Below, in pieces: positions 37,827 to 47,902 of a stretch of DNA of 53,912 bases. This DNA comes from Rhizaria sp. SCN 62-66 (lineage: Eukaryota): positions 62,001 to 115,912 of the forward strand of contig MEDY01000041.1 of NCBI GenBank assembly GCA_001724265.1, in the 5' to 3' direction. Position numbers and translations under genes: made by a program. The notes beneath the pieces are model-generated. The model saw only the letters and a list, made by a program, of their open reading frames with translations, was not told the origin of the DNA and did not search any database. The first letter of the stretch is position 1. The number at the start of each line of letters is the position of its first letter.

Positions 37827-38349
37827 GCGGAGGTAGAGAGCGCGCGAGGGATGGCTCTTGTTAACGCAAGCCTTGTTGTTGTGAGATTTAAAAGTGAGTT
37901 GTTTTGATGCGGTTAATGTGAGATATTTAGTGAGTGATCGATGTATTCGTCTGTATCACAGGGCCACGTGAGCTAAAATGAAAACAAATACACCATAACG
38001 TGTTGATCTCGCGAGTTGTAAGTGTTCTAATAGGTTTGGAGGGTGATTTGTGGTAGGCTGTTTCTCGACTGACGGACGTTGCCAGACAAAATTGGACCGT
38101 GAAATATCGCCATGAAGAACTTCATGTACCAACGAATATAGCGGATCTTACATTTGAAAAAGATACACGAACGTGCTTTGTCATATCCGCGTTTATACAA
38201 TTTGTATATCTACTTGATTCACGGCGCTGTATCTCTTCTCGCATCTTCTCTCTCCACACTCTATCCACAACAGTCTCGTCCACCCTTTCCCCTAGCGCCC
38301 CACACCCGACAGACAGCTCCCGTCGCCCTGCCACCCATCTGCGCGCACG

Positions 38350-41300
38350 ATGGCGTACCGTCTGTACGTCGACACGCACTTCATGTGGGTGGTGCCGAAC
38401 GACGACCACCCGTACCACCACAGCGAGTTCGCGCCGGCGTTCCCCTTCTGCGAGCGCGACGCCGCCGCGCCCGCCGCCGTGCCGGGCCACTGGAACCACT
38501 CACAACACACGCTGCTGGTCGACCGTGTTACGCAGTCCGTGTTTGTGATTGATTCGGACACCGGCGACAGCCTGAACGCGCTCTGCCCGGCGTCGTTTGT
38601 GCCCGTCGAGGCGGAGCAGGAGGTGATGCGCTTCCCCTTGCCCTCCTCCACGGCTACGCACCGCCTCATCGAGGGGCTGGCGGGCGCCGTGTACCTCCTG
38701 CGCGGGCTACACCTCGTGCTTGTTACGCACGCGCGGCCCGTGGCCTCGGTGATGGGCCGCGCGGTTCTCGAGGTGCTGGCCACCGAGGTGCTGCCTGTGT
38801 CGGTCAACCAGCCCCTGCAGGATCTGAACCGCTCGCCGACGATCCTGCACGAGGAGTCGCAGTGCCTGCAGTCGCTGCAGCGCCACCTGGACAGCAACAC
38901 GCTGCTCTTTTCCCGCGACTACGACGTCTCGGTCACGCTCCAGAAGACCGCCGACTTCGCGACACTCCTCGCTGCGAACAGCAACAACGCCTCGAAGACC
39001 CAGTCCTCGGGTCAGAGCTCTGACACCTCCGCCAAGAGCTCCTTCGAGAGCGCCGCCGAGAGCTCTGCCCCCCCGCAGCTCCCCGCGCCTGCGCCGTGGT
39101 TGGCGTCCGTCCCCGCGTTCGCGTCGGAGCTGATCGGGCGCGCCGAGGACTGCTACTTCTACACGCGCGCGCACGCGGCGACGCTGCTTCACGCGCATCA
39201 GTGCTCCGTGGCGACGCTCAGCCCCGCCCTGCGCGCCGCCGCCGGGCTGCCCTCAGGCTTCCAGCTGACGCAGCCGCTGCACAGTCACCCTGCGTTCACG
39301 GCGCCCTCACTGGCCCGGACCGTGCCTGCGCTGCGGGCGCCCGCGCTGCCGTCGCGCGGGGACCCCAGCCTCGCGGCGCCGTTCATCCTCGTCCTTGTCA
39401 GCGGCACCGCCACCACGGCCACCTTTGCGTTGCCCAGCCCCGCTGCGCCCGCCGTGCCCCCCAACAGCGCGGGCCGCCGCCCTAGTGATGAGGCGGGGGG
39501 CTTGGTCCTGTCGGTAACGACGATCGCGCGCCGCAGTCGCTTCCGCACGGGCGGCCGGCTCGCGCAACGCGGCATCAACGCGCGCGGCCACGCGGGTGCG
39601 CAGGTCGAGACGGAGCAGATCGTCCAACTCTACGCCACCATCGACCACAAAAACAGCAACAGCAACAGCAACAGCAAGGCTCAGCTGCTGAAGCTGAGCG
39701 CGACCGAGGCCGAGACGGCGCGCGCTCTCAACGGCGGCGCACGCGTCCTGCCCCGCGCCCCCGCGCCGCGCCTGCTGCTCACCGCGATCTCCTCCTTCGT
39801 GATGCTGCGTGGCAGCGCGCCCGTGCCGTTTGCGCAGGCCCCCGCGATGCTCTTCGCCGGCGGCGCCTTCCGCTTCCCGATCATCGCGCCCGCGCCCGCG
39901 CCCGCGCCGTTCGCTGTCGCCGACTCGAACCAGCCGCAGTCGCAGCAAGAGGGCGCTGCGACGGGGCTGTCGCAAGTGCCGCCCGCGGCGCTGTCGGCGC
40001 TCGACGACGGCACTTTCGCGCCGCGCCTCATCGCCGCCCTCGCCGCCAGCCCGCGCGCGACCGCGGCGACGGTTTTCCCCGCGGCGCACCGCGGCGGCAG
40101 CGCGCTGGTCGGCGCCGTCACCGCGGGCGCACCCGCTCGCGCGCTGGCCGCCGTGGTCGCCGAGCTCGACCGCACCCGCGCCCGCGACCGTGAGCAGCTC
40201 AGCGGGGGTGACCGGGGGAATGACCGTGAGTAGGCGCAGCTGGACGGCAACGGGTGGTCGCGCGCACTGGTGGCGCCGGCCTCGTTGTGGCACCTGGACC
40301 AGCTGATCCGCACCTACCTCCCCCTCGCGCGCATCAACGCCACGCGCAACACCGCGTTCAGCAACAGCAGCAGCGGCGGCGGCTCTGCGTGGCCCTCGGC
40401 GCTGGCGCCCCCCGTGGCGGCCACGGCCGAGCCGCTGCTGCACGTGGTGTCCCTCTTCGCGGAGCGCGGGCCTGACTATCGCGCCCTTGCGGCCCGCTCC
40501 CAGGCCGCTGTCGCCGCGTTCAACTGGGCCTTCGCGTCGCAGGCGTCCTTCGCGCCCACGGCGGGCGTCTTCCCCGTCACGCCCGGCATGGTCCAGGCGG
40601 GCTTCTCCGCCACCTTTCACCCCGCCGACAACCCGGCGCCCGCCACGGGCCCTGACGGCGCCGCCGCGGGCGCAGTCGTCGCGGCCCCGGCGCCCGCGGA
40701 AGCGGACACGGCGTGGCTCGAAGACTGCGGCGCGGGCTTGATAGTCGCCACAGGTCCCGCGGGGTCGGTCCTTTACGCCGACCCCGCGCCCGCGCTCACC
40801 GCGGCCGGTCTGCCCCCGCGCGCCACCGCTGACGCCGCCGTGGCCGCGGCCGCGCGGCCAGCGCTCGCGCTCGCGGCGGCGACGCCCGTGATGTATCACG
40901 CGGTCCCCATCACCGACGCGCCCGGCGCGCTCCCCGCGGCCACCGAGCGTCTGGCCGCCATCGCGCGCCGCTGCGGCGTTTTCGCGGCCGCCTTCGTACC
41001 GCTCGACCGCGCGGTTACTATGGCCGAAGCGGGGGCGGCCGAGCGCGGCGGCTACCGCGCGCGCTGGCTCGCGCAGACGCCGCTGGGCGCCGCGCTGGCG
41101 CCCGCGGACGATGGGGGGGCTGGCGAGGCCGGTGGCGCCGTGTGCGGCGTGCTGGCGCGCGTCACTGTCCCGCTTACGGTCACCTCGCTGCGCCAGCGCG
41201 CCATGCAGGGCATCGCCGTCGGCAGCACCGTGCCCGTTGTCGCCCAGTCGCAGCCTCAGCAGTCGCAGTCTGCGAGCGAGGACGCGCCGGTCGCCGGCGC

Positions 41301-43134
41301 CGTGGTGGTCTCGCGGCAGCACGCCGTGATGCGCACGCACTGCATCGACTGCCTGGACCGCGCGGGCAAGGCGCAGGCCATCGCGCTCGCGGCTGCGGCC
41401 CCGCTGCAGCTCGTCGCGCTGGGTCTTGGCCCGACGCTCGCCCCCGGCGCAGTCGACCCCGCGCCCCGGCCTGCGGGCGCGCTGCCCGCGCCCGTGGTGC
41501 TATTCTCCCCGCTCCTCACGCCGCCGGAGTCAGACGTCGCTAACGCCGCTCACACCGGCGCTGCGCCGCAGTCCCAACAGTCAACGCTGTCGCTCCTGTC
41601 GCGGTTCACCGCCGACGGCTCCGCGTTCGACCCCAACAAGAGTGTGCTGGCGCCCTCGCCGCTGCTGCGGCCCTCCGCCGCCGCCGCCGCCGCCGGCCTG
41701 CTCCCCGCCCGCGGCGGCGACGGCGCGGGCGCGGGCGCGGGCGCGGGCGTGACGGCGTGGCGGCCGCTCGGGCCGCTGCTGCCGACGCTGCTGGAGCTGA
41801 CCAACGAGAGCAACGACCAGCTCGCGCTCATGGCCGCCGCGACGCCCGCGCTGTTCCCGCTGGCGCTGGCACCACCGCGCGCCTCGGCGCTGTCTGCGGC
41901 CGCTCACCGCGGGGACCTGCTGGCCGCGGCCTCGCTGACGGGCGCGACGCACTCGGCGCACCGCACGCACACGGCGCTGGTGCTGCCGTACAAGCCGTTG
42001 CAGGGCTCGGCGCGCGGCGAGGCGCCCGCGCAGCTCACGGCGCGCGCGCTCGCCGCCGCCGCCGACGCCGCCGCGGGCCGCCCCACCGCCGTGGCTGTGC
42101 CACCCGCGCTCGTTCGCTACGTGCGCGCGCACCCCGGCGCCGTTGCCGCGCCGCCCGCGCACCTGCCCATGTACCTCGCGTTGCAGATCGAGGCGATGCT
42201 GCCGCCGCCGCCGCTGCGCGCGCTGCTGCTGCGGCCCTGGGCGCTGCTGGGCTCCGTCGCAGCGGCCGCGCTTGCGCTGCCCGGCGCTATCACGAGCAAG
42301 CTCACGCCCGGCGCACTGCGCAGCGGGCTGGTGATGCTCGAGCGCAACAGCTTCGACCGCGCGTGGGCGGCGCGGCTCGGCGACGACGCGCGCCTCTTCC
42401 GCACCGCGTACCGCCCGCAGCGGCACCTGCTGTATCACTCGGGTGCGCAGATCGTGCGCGACCCCGACGCGCCCGCGGGCACACAGGCGCGCTTCATGAT
42501 CGAGCCGCTGCCGGACACGGCGCCGCGCGCGCCACACCCCGCCCTGTTGGCGCTCGCCGCGCTGGCCGCTGTCACCGCGGGGCTCGCCGCCGCGTTCTTC
42601 TCCGCGCACCTGGTGCCGATCCCCGCCGCGTTGACCGAGCTCGCGCCCGACTGGGTCCTCCTGCTGGTGCTGGGGCTGCTCCCGGTCAACCTGCCCACGG
42701 CCGACGCGCTCCACGCGGCGCTCTCCCGCGGCGCCCGCGCGCCTGTGCCCGCGTTCCGCGCGCTGCAGGACGTTACGGCGGGCTACGCGCAGCTGCGCGC
42801 GCGCCACGCGCCCGGCGCGCTGCCGCCGCTGCTGTGGCGCTGTGTCGTGCGCCAGTGGCCGCTGTGGCGCCACGCCGTGGTGCTTGTCCTGGGCACTGCG
42901 GTGCTCACAGCGCTCCTCGCGTGGTGGACGCGGCGCAGGCTCGTCGCCGTCAACGTCATCCCCTGGCGCGCGCTCTCGGACCCCGTGGACTTCGGCCCGC
43001 CGGCGTATGCTAAGCCGCATGTCCCGTCGGCGTCATCGTCGAGTGGCGCGAAGAACAACAGCAACCCCAGTGGTGACAAGAGCGAGAGTAGTGGCGGCAC
43101 TGCGGGTGGGAAGAAGGGACGCAAGGGCAAGTAA
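38350..43134 (+). CDS. SAC1: Divergent SAC1-like phosphoinositide phosphatase (~1,590 codons) interrupted by one in-frame TAG at 40231-40233; either a recoded gene or a pseudogene
   Basis: ORFs 38350-40233 and 40270-43134 are in the same frame, separated only by the TAG. The 5' half has GLAGAVYL...HLVLVT, LLFSRDYDVS.TLQ, ARRSRFRTGGRL.QRGI...G....VETEQIV and SSFVMLRGSAP. The 3' half has MRTHCIDCLDR, NDQLALMAAATPAL, C-terminal hydrophobic helices and a Lys-rich end. TAA stop. Confidence 0.8.
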
Positions 43135-43639
43135 TGTATATGATCAGACAGGGACGGCTTATCATCATGAAATAGCTCTGATGTGCTGAGTTGTGCTGTC
43201 TCTTAACAATTGTGTCGACGTGCTTTGTGAAGGTGCGTGCAAGAACTTAAAGGTTTTATTGTTGAATACATGTAGATTCTGAATCAGTCATCAACGCACG
43301 TGACATGGTAATCATACCCTTGTCACTTTTAACTTGTTGTATAGAATACAATGATAATTTTCAGGCAAATCTATGACCATTTGAAGTTGACAAGTGTCTC
43401 TGTACCACAAACGAGTTTTGGAGGGGTTGGCCCTCCAAAGCCTCGTAGCCAATTTTTTTTAGCGATGTACAATGCACCAAAAAGACGGTTGATCAGGATA
43501 AATACAAAGGATTATAATATATGCACGTAGGATACAGCCATTTCTGTTATAATTTCTGATGCATACAACGACACACTTACTTAATAGCTTACTTTTATCC
43601 CGATATTTCTGCACCCCCCAGATATCTGCTTCGCTCAGA

Positions 43640-45253
43640 ATGACAGATACGTCGTTGCGCCTGCAAGCTGCACTCGCTCCGATTTTGGCAAAGTCAGTAG
43701 ACCTCAAAGACCTAGTTGAGTTACGGACTGCTGTGCGCCGGGATAACCCGTCCTTGTTTAACACATTGCGTGAGAGCGATGCCGTTCCTCTCCTCTTGCA
43801 ATCACTTGAAACGCTTTTCGCTGAAGATGTCGACGGAGATTTATCTGCTATCGAGCGTGAGCAACGTCTTAACGTCGTCGTTCACATCATCACAAGTTTA
43901 CCATACCCCGACCGCGCAAAGTTGCTCTCTGACAGCAACGCTCTTGCGACGCTCTCAGGCCTGCTTGGCCGCGTTGCCAGCGCGAGCACTGCGGCCTCAG
44001 TCATCGAGACTCTCCAGGAGATCTCCGGACTCTCCATCGACACTTCGGGACCGCTGCTCAAGACTGAAAGGGACCGTACCATTGGTTACTTGCTCGCATG
44101 CGTGCAGAATGCCACCCAGTTACAGCGCTGGGACCAACAACAAGTGGAGGATACGCCTGTACGTATGACCCACGATGACATCGTCATCAACATCTGCGGC
44201 ATTGTCGCTGATCTCTGTGATCGCGATGCACAGAAGCCCTCTTACGCCGTTGTCTCTGTAGCGGTGCCACTGTTGCGTGCCGTACTGAAGCACAACAACG
44301 CCAACAACCCGCGTCACCACGCGGCCAGGCTGCGTGTGTTCAAGGCGCTACTCGCTCTATTTAAGTGCGGCCTGAGCGACTCAACAGGGAACAGCGACGT
44401 TGACTCTGAGAGTGGCGACACTGCTCGCGCTTGCAGCGACCTGTCGGACTTTGCAGCGAGTGCCGACTTCGAGCCGTTGTTCGAGCTGTCGGCCGACAGC
44501 GCTCTGTACTACCTGCACCAGTATCTCACTGCTTTCGACGACGCCACCGTTGCGCGCGTCTTCACTGCAGCTCGTTTGACACGCATTAACAACTCACTTA
44601 CGAATGCGTTTGACACCTCTTTGCTTCAGCAGGAGCAGCTGCCGTCGCTACTGGCGTCCCTGCTAGCCCACTTCCCCGCTTTCAGCCAACGCGTCATCGT
44701 GAATAACGGCCTGGCGCGCATGATGCTTGAGACAAACAAGGTGTTGCGTCTGCAGAAGTCCTATTCACCAACGACGTTTCCGCACATGCGTAGCGCTGTG
44801 CTTCTCTTAGACACTCTGCTCGCGAATGTGTCCGACGTCAAGAGCGCGGCAAAGCTGTTTCACAGTTTTGGCGGAGTGCAGTTCTGCTGCGAGCTGCTGC
44901 GGCTGTATGCGACTCGGTCACAAAACAGCAACGAACCGGGCGTGGCAACGGCTACTTCCGCCGCTGAGGTCACAACGGCTGTTGCGAGACTGCTGCGTGT
45001 GATTCGCGTCATGATCGCGAGCGACGACACATCCCGGCAGCCCTCCGTGGTCAGCAGCGACGCGACCCCCCGGAACCTATTTGTGGCGACATTGCTCGAG
45101 CATGACGGAACGAACGTGTTCGAGCTGCTGCGCGGCGACGGCTCCATGCAGGAAGGCGGTCTTGCGCTGCCAGAGCTCAAGCAGCTTCGCACGCTGTTAC
45201 TGGATATGCAGGTGATCCCAGTTGTCGTGCCACCGACGCCGACCCACGACTAA
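43640..45253 (+). CDS. ARM/HEAT-repeat helical protein, possibly a highly diverged importin-alpha paralog
   Basis: Intronless, Leu-rich 537-aa ORF from ATG 43640 to a TAA stop. Segments LRESDAVPLLLQSL, NICGIVADLCDRDAQKPSYAVVSVAVPLLRAVL, QRVIVNNGL, GGVQFCCELL and NLFVATLLEHDGTNVFELL echo importin-alpha ARM repeats in the correct order. Confidence 0.6.
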   Translation: MTDTSLRLQAALAPILAKSVDLKDLVELRTAVRRDNPSLFNTLRESDAVPLLLQSLETLFAEDVDGDLSAIEREQRLNVVVHIITSLPYPDRAKLLSDSNALATLSGLLGRVASASTAASVIETLQEISGLSIDTSGPLLKTERDRTIGYLLACVQNATQLQRWDQQQVEDTPVRMTHDDIVINICGIVADLCDRDAQKPSYAVVSVAVPLLRAVLKHNNANNPRHHAARLRVFKALLALFKCGLSDSTGNSDVDSESGDTARACSDLSDFAASADFEPLFELSADSALYYLHQYLTAFDDATVARVFTAARLTRINNSLTNAFDTSLLQQEQLPSLLASLLAHFPAFSQRVIVNNGLARMMLETNKVLRLQKSYSPTTFPHMRSAVLLLDTLLANVSDVKSAAKLFHSFGGVQFCCELLRLYATRSQNSNEPGVATATSAAEVTTAVARLLRVIRVMIASDDTSRQPSVVSSDATPRNLFVATLLEHDGTNVFELLRGDGSMQEGGLALPELKQLRTLLLDMQVIPVVVPPTPTHD

Positions 45254-45606
45254 GATGCAGTCTATGGCTGATTTCAACACGCGGTCGTACATCAATTCTG
45301 TGATTCAGCAGACGCTCGCGCTAAAAAGAGACTGAATTATCTACTTCACGCGGTTGTTGTCAAAGTTGTAAACATGATTATGACTAAAATGCTACGAGTT
45401 CTTTTTGCTTCAAAACACATTTTTGTAACATTGATCAACAATACGACATGCATTGGGAGTGTTTTGACAACTTGAAAGTGTATTGAGATTCAAGAGTCAT
45501 CATTGAAAGAGTCATCATTGACTCTTGCGCACTGGTTTGTAACTCATGCAGTCAGATTCATGCGAGTGCTCACGCGGCAGTCAGCCGCGACGACGTCACA
45601 AACGAC

Positions 45607-45939
45607 TTAGAACCCGCGGCGCATGAGGGGCACGCCGTTGAAGGCGAGAGTGCCCTGCGGAACACCCTGGGGAATAGCTTGCGGGATGCCCTGAGGAATC
45701 GCCTGGGGGATCGCAATGCCCTGGTCCTGCAGCTGCGGCGCAAACTGGAGCTGGCCCTGGGCCTGAGGGAACTGCGCAATCTGCTGGATGGGGGCCTGTC
45801 CCTGGACGCCGCCGCCGTAGCCGCCGTAGCCACCGTAGCCGCCGCCGCCAGCACCGAAGCCGCCGCTGAAGCCGCCGCCGCAGTACTGCGAGAAGGCGAC
45901 ACCAACAAGGGCAAGAAGAGCGAGAAGAGTGACCTTCAT
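45607..45939 (-). CDS. Small secreted Gly/Tyr-rich and Gln/Pro-repeat protein (110 aa)
   Basis: Signal peptide MKVTLLALLALVGVAFS, then GGGF/GGYGG repeats and (IPQA/IPQG)n. Strong codon bias; TAA stop. Confidence 0.8.
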   Translation of the reverse strand: MKVTLLALLALVGVAFSQYCGGGFSGGFGAGGGGYGGYGGYGGGVQGQAPIQQIAQFPQAQGQLQFAPQLQDQGIAIPQAIPQGIPQAIPQGVPQGTLAFNGVPLMRRGF

Positions 45940-46668
45940 GTCGAACTTAAACTAAAGAAGATACAGACACAAAACAAGCAAAACACAATTTTTTGAGCTT
46001 AGTGTTCAACGAATGCAGAAATGTTTGTTGCTTTGAGCTTGGGAAACTTAAAGAAATAAAGCTTTTGCTCACAATTTGATCGAGACGTGCTTTAGCTGTC
46101 GAAAGAAAATACAATTATTTGCAACCGTTTTGCACCAAATTTGCACGCAGTGCAGCATTTCAACAATCTTTTGCTTTTCGTTCACTGTGGTCAAGCTTGA
46201 CCGGCGGCCTACTTTTGAAGGAGCCTCACTTTGTGAAAATCGTGTCTACCAACTTGAAGTTTCATCAATATCAGAATCAGTCATGAATTCTATGCATATC
46301 GAAGTTTTTTTCCGCGTAGTTTGCAAACACGAAGTATACTCCGCTGCAAACAAGCTCAAAACCCAACGTAGTATCCATTGAACGCAACTTGAAGTTCCGA
46401 ACATTGTTTGTGGTGCTGCAAGAAAATCGCATGTGGACCTTCGCAGATCAGCGTAGATGCATCCTAAACAATATATACCGTACTATGAAACACGGATGCA
46501 GTCTAACCAGCAGTTTATATGACTTGAGCACAATGTCGCTTTTCAGTAAAGTCGTTCGGCATATTCAAGTGCGGCTTAACTTTCAGCGCGACCTCCTTTG
46601 ACACCGCCGTCTTGACTCTCGCCTCGTTTAAAGCTGACTTTGATGAATGCTTTTTTCAAGCTTGATCA

Positions 46669-47902
46669 ATGAAGACAACGCTGTTTCTTGTTGCTCTTGC
46701 AACAATTTGCCTTGCAACTACTGCAAACGCCGCATCGGCGGACGACTTTAAGGTATGTCTTTACATTTTGTAGCCCTGACCACCACAAACTTCAAGTCAG
46801 ACCACCATGACTTAAACCTCACTATATTGCACTTCTACATCATCCCAAATCGTGCCTCTAATAAATGCACTAGCCTACCGTTGACTCTGCCATCTCCGCG
46901 GCTGTTGGTGACGACGTCAAGCTTTCTACGGAAGGTTTCATTCCTGCTGAGTCTGGCGACGCGATCCCCGAGTCCGACATTGCTCTCGCCCTATTCGACT
47001 CGGACATCAAGATCATCGATGACGACAACAAGGACGTAGTTGCTGAGACTTTCGACCGGGATTACGACTTTTCGCTCAACTACGACCCCCACGACGCTGA
47101 TGACAGCGAGAAGTCGGAGGCTGAGTCTGAGGAAAACAACGAGGACACTGTGGCGACAGTGTTTGATGAGGAGCATTCGTTCTCCCCTTTCCGCAACGAC
47201 GACTACAACAACGATGTCGATGTAAACGACAACGCCAAGCTTGCGCCGCTCTCCTGCCAGCACCGTTGCGCCGTCAAGCGCACTATCGCGGCCATCGCCC
47301 GCCGCGCCCGCTGCGCCACGCGCTGCCGCCGGTGCGCTAAGCGCTGCTCCCGCCACTGCGCCGCCGTGCGCGCCGCGGTTGCCACCGGCGAGCCCCTGCA
47401 GAGCTCGGCTGCGTTCATCGAGGCCAGCGTCCGCCCTGACGGCGCCGTCGTCACGCGCGCCTTCTGGCCCGCCTCCGAGCTCGGCCTCGGTGGCGAGCGC
47501 GACGACACGACCGACAGCGACAACAGCGAGTTCCCCGTCGAGTACAGCGACGACGCCAAGCTGCCTGACGACGGCGCACCGGGCCGCTCCGCGCGCGCAA
47601 TGTTCTTTCCGGGTTTCGGCTTTGGCGGCTTCGGCGGCGGCTTCGGCGGTGGGCTCGCCGGCGGCATCAGCATCGGTCCCCTCACCATCGGCGGAGTCAT
47701 CGGCGGTGGCGCAGTTGCGGGCGGCGGCATCGGGGGACCTATCTACGACAAGTATGGCGGGCAGCTCCAGGGCCCGCCCCCGCCGCAGTACGGCGGCCCC
47801 CAATTCGGGGGCCCCCAGTTCGGCGGCCCCCAGTTCGGCGGCCCCCAGTTCGGTGGTCCGCAGTATGGCGGCCCCCAGTTCGGCGGCCCTGGTTTCTTTT
47901 AA
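46669..47902 (+). CDS. Secreted modular protein (~370 aa): signal peptide, acidic region, basic Cys-rich motif, Gly-rich and (QF/YGGP)7 tail
   Basis: Exon 46669-46752 encodes MKTTLFLVALATICLATTANAASADDFK. Intron 46753-46873 (GTATGT...cactAG). Exon 46874-47902 is in frame with the 47150 ORF. TAA stop. Confidence 0.85.
47786..47890 (+). repeat. Seven 15-nt coding repeats encoding Q(Y/F)GGP
   Basis: cagtacggcggcccc / cagttcggcggcccc units with synonymous variation. Confidence 0.9.

Noticed and set aside
40226-40239. GTGAGT...CAG 14-nt micro-intron that would remove the TAG
   Set aside because: It would shift the frame and lose the catalytic half. It is also far shorter than, and unlike, the other introns (121-235 nt, AT-rich, +4 pyrimidine).
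38350-43134. Two separate genes (627 aa and 954 aa)
   Set aside because: They are in the same frame with no intergenic DNA, the second has no ATG near its start, and the two halves carry consecutive parts of one SAC domain.
45491-45521. 15-bp tandem duplication (aagagtcatcattga x2); also catcggtgccgct repeated near 9300 and 9511
   Set aside because: Isolated short duplications with no element between them and no terminal repeats or transposase, so not enough for a mobile-element or regulatory call.
47786-47890. CRISPR-like or other non-coding array
   Set aside because: There are no spacers. The 15-nt units are in frame with synonymous variation, so this is a coding repeat. No cas genes are present and the context is eukaryotic.
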